Source: Dictyostelium discoideum | Lineage: Eukaryota | DNA length: 64,000 nucleotides | NCBI GenBank assembly: GCA_000004695.1 | Contig: CM000150.2 | Span: forward strand, 4,832,001 to 4,896,000 | Reading direction: 5' to 3' | In this document: positions 13,008 to 24,685 of the stretch, piece after piece | Numbering within the stretch: the first letter of the stretch is position 1 | How the letters are laid out: each line of letters starts with the position of its first letter | Translations under genes and position numbers: made by a program | Notes under the pieces: model-generated | What the model saw: only the letters and a program-made list of their open reading frames with translations | What the model was told of the DNA's origin: nothing | Database searches by the model: none

Positions 13008-13418
13008 TTAAGCACGTTCACCTCTGATACGTCTTGCTAATTGAATATCTTTAACCATGATAGTAACACGTTTGGCATGAATTGCACATAAATTAGTATC
13101 TTCAAATAGACCGACCAAGTATGCTTCAGTTGCTTCTTGGAGAGCTTCAATTGCAGCAGCTTGGAAACGAAGATCAGTTTTAAATTCTTGTGCTATTTCT
13201 CTTACTAAACGTTGAAATGGTAACTTTTTAATTAAAAGATCAGATGATTTTTGATATCTACGGATTTCTCTAAGTGCAACAGTACCTGGTCTGAAACGAT
13301 GGGTCTTCTTTAAAACTTCATTAACAGGTTTACTTGGAAATGATGATTTTGAACTTAAATGTTTTCTTGGAACTTTAGCACCTGTTGATTTTCTAGCTGT
13401 TTGTTTTGTACGGGCCAC
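13008..13418 (-). CDS. Histone H3 variant (136 aa), intronless
   Basis: [58 protein letters not shown]...ERA shows the H3 fold and signature motifs. The N-tail carries a lineage-specific insertion between the K27 and K36 equivalents. This is one of the Dictyostelium H3a/H3b-type variants. Confidence 0.95.
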   Translation of the reverse strand: MARTKQTARKSTGAKVPRKHLSSKSSFPSKPVNEVLKKTHRFRPGTVALREIRRYQKSSDLLIKKLPFQRLVREIAQEFKTDLRFQAAAIEALQEATEAYLVGLFEDTNLCAIHAKRVTIMVKDIQLARRIRGERA

Positions 13419-14005
13419 TGTAAATTAAATAAAAATAATAAATTAGTAATCTTTTTTAAAATAATTTCTTTTTTTTTTTTTTTTTTTTTGATTTTACTTT
13501 TTAAAACTTAAAGATGGAAATTTAAATCAAATAATTTGAATGAGTGTAGGATTGGTGTGTGTGGATAATTAAAAAAAAAAATATTATTATTTATATTGAA
13601 TATGGGTGTTAGATTTTATTATTAAAAATTTGGAAATTAAAAAAATAGGGAAAAAAAATAGTTTTTTAAATATTTCCTTTTTTATTAATTCAAGATTGTT
13701 TTGAAAAAAAAAAATAATATATAAAATTATAATAATTAAAAATAAAATAAACATTACTATTTTGAAATTGAAAAATAAAATCTATAAAAATAACTTTAGA
13801 GAATTTAATTATTATTAATATTTTTGATTTTAAAAATAAAAATATAATTAAAGAAATCAAATAGAAATGAAATTAAACAAAAAAATAAAAAGAGATAGAT
13901 ATCCAATCAAAAGTTTTTGAAAAGAAATTGGTTTTTTGTGTGGTGTTAAAAAACACCTTTGGAGTGGTTACACTCTATTTGGTTCAATTGAAATTTGTAA
14001 TAATT

Positions 14006-14416
14006 TTAAGCACGTTCACCTCTGATACGTCTGGCTAATTGAATATCCTTAACCATGATAGTGACACGTTTAGCGTGGATGGCACATAAATTGGTATCTT
14101 CAAAGAGACCAACCAAGTAAGCTTCTGAGGCTTCTTGAAGAGCTTGGATGGCAGCAGCTTGGAAACGAAGATCGGTTTTGAATTCTTGTGCGATTTCTCT
14201 AACTAAACGTTGGAATGGTAACTTCTTGATTAAGAGTTCAGATGACTTTTGGTATCTACGGATTTCTCTAAGTGCGACAGTACCTGGTCTGAAACGATGG
14301 GTCTTCTTTAAACCTTGGGTTGATGGAAAAGATTTTTGAGAAGATTTGTTACCCAAATGTTTTCTTGGTACTTTAGCACCAGTTGATTTTCTAGCGGTTT
14401 GTTTTGTACGGGCCAC
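14006..14416 (-). CDS. Histone H3 variant (136 aa), a tandem paralog of 13008..13418
   Basis: [62 protein letters not shown]...ERA. It has the same orientation as the first copy and lies 1 kb upstream. It differs in the tail insert and at many synonymous sites. Confidence 0.95.
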
Positions 14417-15142
14417 TATAAATATTTTAAAATTTTTTAATATTAGTATACATATTTTATTTTATAACACTCATTTGTTTTTTTTTTTATTATTATTGAA
14501 TTATTGATTATTTAATTTTATTTTATTATTGTTTTTTATTGTTTTTTTTTTTTTTAATTCTTACTCTTAAATTAAAATTGAGAATGTGAAATATATAATA
14601 TAAAGGAAATAATTATTTTCAATCGAGTGTAGTGTAAGTTTTTTTGTTATGAATGATAAAAATTTCAAATTTTTTTTTTATATGGCGTGGAGCCGTTGAA
14701 TTTCATAGGTGATGTTAATTTTTTTGCATATAAAAATTTTTTTTTTTTTGATTTTTACCTTTCAAACTGTTTTCAAATTTTTAAAAAAATAAAAAAAAAA
14801 AATTTGGCGCCCTGATATTTTAAACACAATTTGAAAATGTGAAAGTAACTGTTTAAATTTTTTTTTTTTTAAAAAAAAATCCTTAAATGGTTATTTTGAA
14901 TATATTTTTAATTTTCATTCATTTTCTTTGAAAAAAATAAATAAAACCAAAAATAAATAAAAGAAATGAAATGAAATTTTATTTATTGTTTTTTCCAAAC
15001 TCAATAATTATTTCTTAAAAAGTTAATTGTTATTCAATAATTTAAATTTAAAGTTAAAATAATCTTTTATTTTTATTTTTATTTTTTTTTATTTTTTTTT
15101 ATTTTTTGTTGTTTAGATAAAGAGTAGTTTTGATTTCCTAAA

Positions 15143-15656
15143 TTACTTAAAATTTGGGAGTGGGGTAGTAAAAGTTCTTTTAATTTGATATGGTTGGAAT
15201 GTTTGTTGTTGTTGCTGTTGTTGTTGTGTGTTATGTTGAATATGAATTTGTTGTTGAGTATTTATACTATTAGTAGTATTATTATTACTACTACTACTAC
15301 AACTATTAACACTGTTATTACAATTGAGAGAAAGATTACTAATTTGATGTTGTAATTGATTTTGTTGTTGTTGTTGTAATTGTTGATTCATGATATTGAT
15401 TCTACTTTGAGTTTCAAAGTTTTCTTTATCTAATAAAAGTTTCTCTCTTTGATTAATTTGTTGTTCTCTCAAGAGTAAATGTTGTTCTTTAACTTGGAGA
15501 TCTCTTTCAATATCTGATAATTTCTTTTCTTTAATCTTTAAATCTTCATCCATTTGTTTTAAACCTTGATAATAGATATTTAATTTTCTTTCTTTAACTT
15601 TAAATGAAATAAAAGAATATCCTAATAATTCATTTACATTTGGTCTTGATTTTGGC

Positions 15657-15689
<33 letters not shown>

Positions 15690-16042
15690 GAGACATGATT
15701 AATAAAAAGGATATATTAAGTAAATAAAAAAAAAAAAATAATATTAATAATAATTTACTTACATCAACATTAATCATTAAAGAGATAACTTTTGAAAGAT
15801 GTTCAGAATATTGTGATGGAATTGGGTTATATCTACCAACTTGAATTTTACTTGTTAATTGAGCTTGATTTGTTGCTTCAAATGGTGGTGATAATGTTGC
15901 CATTTCATAAATTAAACAACCAACTGACCAAACATCTGATCTTTCATTATATTTAAGTCCATGAATTTGTTCCTATGATAATGATAAAAAAAAAAAAATA
16001 ATAATAATTATAAAATTAGAATTGATTTTTAAAATAATAATA

Positions 16043-16098
<56 letters not shown>

Positions 16099-16761
16099 AT
16101 ATATACTTACAGGACTCATATAATATGGAGTACCAACAAAAGTATGAGCATAAAGTGATTCATTTAAAATTTTAGCTAAACCAAAATCACCCAATTTAAT
16201 ATTTTTATTTTCATCTAAAAATAAATTACCTGGTTTAATATCTCTATGTAAAATTACACCATCTTTTCTATTATGAATTTCTTGAAGTGCTGATAAAATT
16301 TGAAGTAATGTTCTCCAAATTACTTCTTCATCCATATATGTTCTAAAATAAATAAAAAAAAATAAAAAAAAAAAAAAAGAAATAAAAATAAAAAATAATT
16401 AATAAATTTAATTTAATTTAATTTAAATATTAAAATATTAAAAATTTTTATTATCATACCTTTCATTTCTACATTTTTTAATAAGTTGTGATAAATCACC
16501 ACCAGAACAATGTTCCATGATAATATATAATCTTGAAGATGGTTTATCAATGATTCTGTCATAATATCTAACAATATTTTGATGTTTTAATTTTTGAAGG
16601 ATATTAACTTCATTCACTAATAATTGTTTCTCTTTTTCTTGCATATTTTCATAACAAATTTCTTTCCAAACTAAAACTCTTCCATCTTCTTTTCTTTTGA
16701 TCTTTGAAACAACACCAAATGACCCTTTTCCTAATGCACCTAATATTTCATATTGATCCAT
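15143..16761 (-). CDS. nek2: NIMA-related kinase Nek2, 418 aa. Exons are join(16460..16761, 16111..16342, 15763..15972, 15143..15655). Introns are 16343..16459, 15973..16110 (contains an A49 tract) and 15656..15762.
   Basis: [24 protein letters not shown]...[14 protein letters not shown]...[11 protein letters not shown]...[42 protein letters not shown]..., then a C-terminal coiled-coil and a Q-rich tail. All donors are GTATGA/GTAAGT. Exon phases are 2/0/0 and check out arithmetically (1257 nt). Confidence 0.92.
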
Positions 16762-17684
16762 AATAAAATTTTAATTTTTATTATATTTTTATTTTTTTTA
16801 TTTTTATATTTTTATTTTATTTTGATTAATTAATTTATTTATTTATTTAAATATTTGAGTGCCAAAAAAAAAAAAAAAAAAAAAAGAATGAAAAAAAAAA
16901 AAAAAAAAAAAAGCAATATAAAAAATTGACAATAAAATTATTTTTTTTTTTTAAAAAAAAAGGGGGGAAAAATCACTGTTTTTGGTCGTTTTTAATCCAA
17001 TATCTTTTTAAAAAAAATATCAATCTATAAACTATCGATTCCCATTTTGTTTTTATATATATATATTTTTTCCTTTTTTTTTTTTTTTTTTTTTTTCTTT
17101 CTTTCTTTCTTTCTTTCTTTTTTTTAACTTAAATGGTAATGCAATAAAAAAAGAAAATTAAACCAAATTCTCATTTTTTTTTTTTTTTTTTTTTTTTAAT
17201 ATTAAATTTTTATAAAAAAAAACAACAAAAATAAATTTATTTATTTTATTATCATTATTTACAATACTGGTTAAAAAAAAAAAAAAAAAAAAAAATCCTC
17301 TTTGGTTAAACAGAAATGTTAACTAAAAAAAAAAAAAAAAAAAAAAAAAAACGGTAAATTGTTTTTTTTATTGACCAATTTATTTATTATTTTTAAATAC
17401 TAAATTATTTATTTATTTATTTATTTTTATTTCTAATTAATTTACATTAAAATTTATTTAATTTAAAAATAGAAAAAAAAAAACAAATTAAAAAAAAAAA
17501 TAAAAAAATAAAAAAAAAAAAATAAAAAAAAAAATAAAAAAAAAAAAAATTATGTGATTGATTGTAACAAAATATGAAAAAATTTCAAAAAAATGAAAAA
17601 TTTATGAAAAAAAGCCGCATGCGTTTGACAAAAATTTTTTTTTTTTTTTTTGTCAGTTTTCGATAATTTAGCTCACTACATAAA

Positions 17685-18344
17685 ATGGAAAAGTATGTCA
17701 TTTATTACATTGAGATATCATGTATCTCTATTATTTTCATCATTTATCCATGTCAATCCATTATCAATCTTATCAATCTTTATCAATCTTTATCAAACCT
17801 TAAACTAACATTATTTATTTTTTAGGATTTACTCAAAAGGTGTCGTTTTAGGTTACAGAAGGTAAGTGGATATAATTATAGGTTATGAAATAAAATATCA
17901 ATCCCAATCAAATTATAAAGACAACAAAACAAAAGCAAAAGAGGATAGAGGAGAGAGCTTATAGAAAAGAGAAAAGAGAGAGAGGATTTTACAAAGAGGA
18001 GGGAGAGAGGATTGATTATAGAAAGTAAAGAGAGAGGATATTAATTCAAACCTACTTTTTTTTATATTAGATCACAAGCTACTCAATACCCAAACATCAG
18101 TTTAATCAAAATTGAAGGTGTTGTCTCACGTGAAGATTCAACTTTTTATTTAGGTAAAAAAGTCTGTTTAGTCAGCAAAGTTTCCAAATCAGCCAAAAAC
18201 CCAACTGGTCACAAAATTTCATGGGGTAAGATTTGCAAAACCCACGGTAGTTCAGGTGTTGTCCAAGCTCGTTTCGCCAGAAACCTCCCACCAAAAGCTA
18301 TGGGTGCCCCAGTCAGAGTTATGTTATACCCATCAAACATCTAA
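17685..18344 (+). CDS. rpl35a: 60S ribosomal protein L35a (eL33), 105 aa. Exons are join(17685..17692, 17826..17861, 18071..18344).
   Basis: ATGGAAAA|GTATGT forms an 8-nt first exon. Exon 2 reads (K)IYSKGVVLGYRR. Exon 3 reads SQATQYPNISLIKIEGVVSREDSTFYLGKKVCLVSKVSKSAKNPTGHKISWGKICKTHGSSGVVQARFARNLPPKAMGAPVRVMLYPSNI*. This aligns along its length with eukaryotic RPL35A (KIEGV...FYLGKR...GNSG.VRAKF..NLP). Confidence 0.88.
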
Positions 18345-19385
18345 ATAAATCTTTAAAACGAAAAAAAAAATTATTTGAAAAAAACACCTTTATCTATCTC
18401 TTTTTTTTTTACAGATAAATTTATACTATTCAATTTTATTTATAATTTTTTTTTGTTATGGTTTTTAAAAATTATCTATAAATGTATATATAAATATTTT
18501 ATTTTAAAAATTGTCTATATGATATATTTATATAGTTAATTCCATTTGTAAATTCCGATTTCTTTAATCACCATTAATAAATTAATTTAGTAATTTGTAA
18601 AGTATAAATGTAATGGTTGGAATGTATTAAATATTTTTTTATTTTTTTTTATTTTATTTTAAAATATCCAATAATTTCTGAAATTCAGGGAGTAGATATA
18701 TATATATATATATATTTATAAATATCGATTAGTTGAAATTTTATTCAAATTATTTAAAATGTTTTTTACAGATATTACCAACATTTTTTTTTTTTTTTTT
18801 TAAAAAAAAAAAATAAATAAAAATGAAAATAATAAAAAATTTTAAAGATTTCCTACTCATTGGAGGTGTGTGTGTTTGAGCATGTGTTTATTATTTTTTC
18901 AAATTATTTTGTATGAGTTTTTAAAATAATTTTTTATTTTATTTTTTTTTTATTTTTTTACTAATTGCAATTTTGTAAAAATTTGTGTTAGTTTATTATT
19001 ATTTTTATTATTATATTTAATTTGTAGTATGTGACAGTGGTAAATGGGGGTTAATTTCCATTATAATTTATTTGTGAAAGAAAAAATAAAATCGTTAGGT
19101 ACTTTATCTGATCACAAACTACGTAATAAATATTTACTTTTTAATACATATCATAATTTGAATTTATTTTTAATTATTTTTATTAATATTTTTTTTTTTA
19201 TACACACTAAATCTCTCTCTCAAACCAAAAATTTTTTTTTTTTTTTTTTGATAACATATTAAAAAAACTAAAAAAAAAAAAAAAATATAAATAGAACTTT
19301 TTTTTTCCCTTCATTTTCATTAACCAAAAAAAAACAATTAACTATTAAACAAAAAAAATCAAAAAATCAAAATAATTTTTACAAA

Positions 19386-19959
19386 ATGAAAGTTTTAAAT
19401 ATATCATTTTTAGTTTTAATAATATTTTTTATTACACCATTAATTTTTTCTCAAGAATCAACTGCTCCACATTTCTTTTTTGTAAGTTTTAATTATTATT
19501 TCAATTTTTAATTTCTTTTTTCTAAACAAAATTTTTAATTTTCCAAAAAAAAAAAAAATATATAAATATATATTTTTATATAATCATAATTTTTAGGGAT
19601 CATTGGTAATTACACGTAAAGATCATTCAACTAATCAAATAAAAGCATTGGTATTGAATTTAAATTCTGGAACATTAATTAATTCTGATCATACAAGATT
19701 CCAAGTTTCAAAAGAAGATCTTGATAAGGTTGTAGAATTATTAAAGAAATTAGATATTTCAGGTGGTTCGTTAGATTTAAGAGATTCATCTTTACCATCT
19801 CAATATGATTATTTCATGGCAAATACTCAATTTGGAAAATCAATCATTTGGCAAGATGGTACTGAAGGTGATAATGAAATTCTTACTGAAGTTGAGGGTT
19901 ATTTCGATTCCTTTGCATCACAAAAGAATGCTGAAAATATTTTAAGAGGTGGATATTAA
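19386..19959 (+). CDS. Small secreted protein, 152 aa, with a signal peptide and no recognisable domain. Exons are join(19386..19481, 19597..19959).
   Basis: Exon 1 is MKVLNISFLVLIIFFITPLIFSQESTAPHFFF, a classic signal peptide, then the donor GTAAGT. The acceptor is TTTTTAG|GGATCA. Exon 2 is GSLVITRKDHSTNQIKALVLNLNSG...ENILRGGY*. The ORF-track start at 19603 is a TTG, not a real start. Confidence 0.6.
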
Positions 19960-20184
19960 AGTTTTAAACTTTAATATTAATTTATTTTTTAATTAATTAT
20001 TTTATTTATAAAAAAAAAAAAAAAAAAAAAAATCATTTATATTTAATATATCAGTTACCATCACTTATCATCGCTTAACATTACAATAAAATAAAAATAA
20101 AAATAAAATAAAATAAAATTTATTTGAAAAATAAATTCAAATTTTTTTAATATGTACATTTTTTTTTTTTTATTTTTTTTTTTT

Positions 20185-20947
20185 TTAAGATTGAGATAAT
20201 TGTTGAAAATTAGTTTTAATTTGTTTTGAAAATTGATTTGAAATGAATAATAATTGTCCATTTGGTAAATAACTATTTAATAGTAATAGTATTTCATCTG
20301 ATCTTGGTAAAATATCCATTGGATTTATAGTTTTAGTTATTGTAGTTTTAAAAATATCAACAATTGCATTACTGAATAATGTTAAAAAGTTTGAAGCTAA
20401 TAATCTATTTTCATCATCTTCACATACGATTGTAAAACATACTCTATACATATAAATAAATATTAGAATATTTTTCATTTTTTTTATTTTTTTTTTCAAA
20501 AAAATCTAAAATTTACCCTAATATTTTTTTCCATATACAATATTTTGAAGTTGTTACATAAATTGAAGGATCATTTAAATTATCATCATTTTTTAAATAA
20601 TTATTTATTTGTTTATTTGGTATAATTCTAAAAATACCTTCTTTTGAACTATTTTCACCTCTAATATCAGTGAAATTTACATTGTTTCTTTGAGAATAAG
20701 AGAATGCCCAATCAGGAAATTGTTTTTCATCTGGTTTGGTATTTTCACATTGAAATTTGAATGAATAATCTTTAATAACTTTTTCAATAATTGAATTTTG
20801 TCTCTTTATAAAATCTTTATTATTCCCTTCTGATGTATAAAATTGTGATAAATAAACAATTGGTTGTTGTTGTGGCTGTTGTTGTTGTGGTTGTTGTTGT
20901 TGAAAATTTGTATTGTCAATTGAATGGATTATAAAAGCATATACCAT
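20185..20947 (-). CDS. Hypothetical 229-aa protein with a short polyQ run. Exons are join(20517..20947, 20185..20443).
   Basis: MVYAFIIHSIDNTNFQQQQPQQQQ...SKYCIWKKIL(G)VCFTIVCEDDENRLLASNFLTLFSNAIVDIF...QQLSQS*. Phase-2 donor TTAGG|GTAAAT and acceptor TGTATAG|AGTATG. The two ORF-track pieces join in frame. No family assigned. Confidence 0.5.
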
Positions 20948-21211
20948 TATATGTTTACTAATATATAAAACCCTGTGAATATTTACAATTACTGGGATCT
21001 GGATTCCAAAAACAAAAAAAATAAAAAAAAAATAAAAAATTGAAAAAAAAAAAAAAATAAAAAAATAAAAAAAAAATAAAAAAAAAAGTTTTAATTTTTT
21101 ATTTTATTTTATTTTATTAGTTGATAAGTTTGTGTATAAAAATAAACCATAGTTATTAATAATAAACCACAATTAATAATTCTGGTATTTACACATGTAT
21201 GTATTATTAGG

Positions 21212-21244
<33 letters not shown>

Positions 21245-21470
21245 TTAATAAAAAATAAATTATTAATTCTTTTTTTAAAAAAAAAAAAAAAAAAAAATCT
21301 TTAATTTCGTTTTCACCCCAAACACCTTTGCATTAAAATTAAAATAAAAATAAAAATAAAAATAAAAATAAAAAAAAAAAAAAAAAAAACTATCACACCA
21401 AAAATTTCTCTTATAGTTTCATTAAAAAAAAAAAAGAAAAGATCAACAACTATAAAACATTTACACAAAT

Positions 21471-22063
21471 ATGTCAGATAAATTAAAAAGTAATAAGAAG
21501 TTAGAAGGAGAAACCTTTATGAAAGAGGGTGATAAATTGTAAAGAAAACCAATCATTTTTTTACTCCTCCAAAAAAACATATTACATTATATTAATTTTT
21601 TTTATTATTAAAATTTATTATTATTATTATATTTTAGATCAAAAACAAATATATTCAGATGGAAGGCAGATTGGGATAGTGCAGCACTTGCATATGAAAA
21701 AGCTGGTATGTTTGTTTTTTTTTACCCTTTTCCATTTATAATTTATTTTTAGGATTTAGTTATTCTAACATTATTATTATTGTTTTTTTTTTTATAAATA
21801 AAGCTAATGCATTTAGAAGTGCAAAAATATATGATAGTGCAAAATATTGTTTCCTTAGATTATCATTATGTCAAACTCATATGGATGTTTATTATTTAGC
21901 AGCTAAAAGTATGGAAAATGCATCAGCAATGGCAAAGGAATTAAAAGAGACTCAAGAATGTGCAAATTTATTATTAGAATCATGTAAACTCTATAGAACA
22001 AATGGTAATAGTTTTCAAGCTGCTGATACAATGACAAAAGCTGCAAAGTATTTATTTTATCTT

Positions 22064-22117
<54 letters not shown>

Positions 22118-22871
22118 ATTTATAAACCTAATTCAAATTCTAATTTTTATTTGTTTATTTGTTTATATTATAGATTATTAGAAGATATAGATTTAAATCA
22201 AACAATTAAATTATTAACAGATGCATGTGAATTATTTGAATTGGATGATAAGGATCATTTTTCAGGTGATACATTTAAACAAACTATATCAATGTTATTA
22301 AAGCATAAGAAATATACAGAAGCAGTTGACTTAATGATTTTACAAAATAGAGTATTTGTTAAATTGGAACAAAATCATGATCTTCATAAATCATGTCTTA
22401 GTGTTATCACCATTTCATTAGCAACTGATGATATTGTTGCATCAAAGAAATATTATGAACAATTTTTAGATTATCCAAGTTTTATTCACAGTCAAGAGGG
22501 TACAACTGCTCAAGAATTAATTACTGCTTTTGATAATCATGATGTAGATGGTGTAAAGAAAATCGTTTCAAGACATATTTTCAATTTCTTGGATAATCAA
22601 GTATGTTATTATTATTATTTTTTTATTTTCTATAATTCTAAATTTTCAAATTGTCTTATTATTTATTTTATTTTTTTTATATTTTTTTTTTTTAATATTA
22701 TAGGTTGCCAAGATTGCAAAGAATTTATCTATCTCAAAAGATTCTCTTAATCCAACTATTAATTCAACAGCTCCACAACAACAATATAGCAATACTACTA
22801 CCACCACCACAAATAACACTAACAACAATAATCCTACTAGTCAACAAGATGATGATGAAGATGTCCTTTAA
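21471..22871 (+). CDS. Gamma-soluble NSF attachment protein (gamma-SNAP), 324 aa. Exons are join(21471..21538, 21638..21705, 21804..22047, 22174..22600, 22704..22871).
   Basis: The spliced product MSDKLKSNKKLEGETFMKEGDKLSKTNIFRWKADWDSAALAYEKAANAFRSAKIYDSAKYCFLRLSLCQTHMDVYYLAAKSMENASAMAKEL...TMTKAAKLLEDIDLNQTIKLLTDACELFELDD...FLDNQVAKIAKNLSI... is collinear with metazoan gamma-SNAP (KINEGLEHL..FLKWKPDYDSAASEYGKAA...AKAYEQAGMMLKEM...YMDNDYAKLGLSL). Donors are GTAAAG/GTATGT/GTATTT/GTATGT and phases were verified by arithmetic. Confidence 0.85.
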
Positions 22872-22886
22872 ATTCAAAGTAATAAT

Positions 22887-22918
<32 letters not shown>

Positions 22919-24011
22919 AATTAGAAGTTCACATATTTTCATATTTTTAAAATCTATTTTTATTTTTTTAAAAGTTTTATTTCAATTCAATATTTTACAA
23001 TAAAAATAAAAAAAAAAAGAAAATACATAGATATTAATTAAAATATAATATAATAAGATCTTTTTTTTAAAATTGGAAATCTCTTTGTGTTTGAATTAGA
23101 ATTTTGAATAATAAATTTTTTTTTTTAATTTTAACAAATCATCTAATATATTTAAGAAAATTTTAATATATTTTTTTCTCTCAAGTGTTCCCACCAAAAA
23201 CACCCAAATGAGCACTCAAATGGCTACCTAAATAATGACAACCCAACCAATTTGAGTTGCTCGCTTTTAATTAACTCCATACACTGTTTTACATGTTATT
23301 TTGACAACAGTTGTGGGTTTATTATTTCCAATTTTAATAGCTACCTTGTAAACGATAAATTCACCATTAAAAAATTTCTTTAAGTTTTCAACTTTTTATG
23401 TAATATAATTCCATTCGTTATCCCCAATTTATCTAAATGTTTCTGTAAATATAGGGCCATCTCCATTCATTTTGGCATTTTTACCAACCACTGCCACTTT
23501 GTTAAGTGTTACTACTACTTCTGCCACAACTAGATTATTCAATATTCTTTTTACCCAACACCGTCTAGATAAATTATGTTATATTGAAAACCATTTACAC
23601 ACAGGGTTGAATGATAATCACCTGCTTAAACTTAAATAATAATTATTTTTATTAAATTTTGCTTTCTTTTTCATTTTCTTCAATTGTATTATCTGAAGCT
23701 GTAGTGGTTGTAGTGGTAGTAGTTGAAGTGGTTGTAGATGTTGTTGTAGATGTATTATCTTTATCTTGTTGAGTTGAAGATTTTTAATCCATATTCATTT
23801 TATTATATGTTGTAAAATTAAATTGATGTGTTGGGTGAAAAATATATTGGATTTGCAAGTTTTCATTTTTTTTTTTTTCATTTTTTTTTTTTCTTGGAGA
23901 AATTTTTTTTTTTTTAAAATTACAACAATGGTTTATTTTTATTTTTATTTTAATTATTTTTAGTTTTCTATGATTTTTTATATAATAAATTAAATAGTAG
24001 AAAATATATTT

Positions 24012-24057
<46 letters not shown>

Positions 24058-24091
24058 GTTTTTTTTGATTTTCTTTTTTTGATATTACCTT

Positions 24092-24685
24092 CTATCTCTT
24101 CATTGGAGGTGCAGGTGCTTGACGAGCACCAACTGGTGGAGGAGCCTTGAAAGATGGTGGAGCTGGTTTACTGGCAACTGGTGGTGGGGCTTTGAAAGAT
24201 GGTGGAGCTGGTTTACTGGCAACTGGTGGTGGAGCTTTAAAAGATGGTGGAGCTGGTTTACTGGCAACTGGTGGTGGGGCTTTAAAAGATGGTGGAGCTG
24301 GTTTACTGGCAACTGGTGGAGGTGGTGAAGCAGTATTTTTGGCAATTAATGGTGGTGGAGGCTTCTTCAAAGGTGAGGAAGTTGGTGGAGCAGGAGCTGG
24401 TGATTGCTTGGCAATTAATGGTGGTGGACCTCCTGCCTTTTTCAAACCACCTGGTGATGGTGTAAACATACCCATTGGTGGACCTCCCATTCCCGGTCTT
24501 GGCATTCCGCCTCCGCCACCTCCGCCAGATTTATCAGCTTGTAAAACTGGCTTTGATTTATCTACTGTTACAGTTTTTTTTAATTTTGCACCTTTTTGAA
24601 TTGAATTTAATAATGCACCTCTTTCAGCTGTTTTAGGTGGGGCTGGGGCCACTGGAGCTGGTGGTGGTGGTGGTGGTGGTGGCAT
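24092..24685 (-). CDS. Verprolin/WIP-like proline-rich WH2-domain protein (197 aa as drawn; the 3' end may be incomplete)
   Basis: MPPPPPPPPAPVAPAPPKTAERGALLNSIQKGAKLKKTVTVDKSKPVLQ closely mirrors the N-terminus of WIP/verprolin (MPVPPPPAPPPPP...GRNALLSDISKGKKLKKTVTNDRSAPIL), which is a WH2 actin-binding motif. A G-rich linker follows, then four perfect 15-aa repeats PPPVASKPAPPSFKA (45-nt units, 24148..24330). A TAG stop lies at 24092..24094. Confidence 0.7.
   Translation of the reverse strand: MPPPPPPPPAPVAPAPPKTAERGALLNSIQKGAKLKKTVTVDKSKPVLQADKSGGGGGGGMPRPGMGGPPMGMFTPSPGGLKKAGGPPPLIAKQSPAPAPPTSSPLKKPPPPLIAKNTASPPPPVASKPAPPSFKAPPPVASKPAPPSFKAPPPVASKPAPPSFKAPPPVASKPAPPSFKAPPPVGARQAPAPPMKR
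24148..24330. repeat. Four tandem 45-bp coding repeats (minus-strand peptide unit PPPVASKPAPPSFKA) in the WIP-like gene
   Basis: ggtggagctggtttactggcaactggtggtgg(g/a)gcttt(g/a)aaagat recurs at 45-nt period with only two wobble substitutions. Confidence 0.9.

Noticed and set aside
14148-14339. Plus-strand 63-aa ORF
   Set aside because: It is antisense to the histone H3 gene.
15634-16335. ORFs 15634..15903 and 15973..16335 extending into F/L-rich tails
   Set aside because: They are Nek2 exons 2 and 3 read through their introns. The intron reading is spurious: the splice sites and phases are clear, and the spliced product matches Nek2.
23690-23790. Minus-strand S/T-rich mini-ORF (MNMD* then ...TSTTTSTTTTTTTASDNTIEENEKESKI*)
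   Set aside because: It is interrupted by a stop after 4 codons and has no splice signals. It was considered as a possible 3' exon of the WIP-like gene but could not be joined in frame.
24100-24599. Three overlapping ORFs (24100..24345 -, 24119..24328 +, 24147..24599 +)
   Set aside because: They are alternative frames and the antisense of the 45-bp proline-repeat array. The WH2/polyPro frame is the only one with homology.
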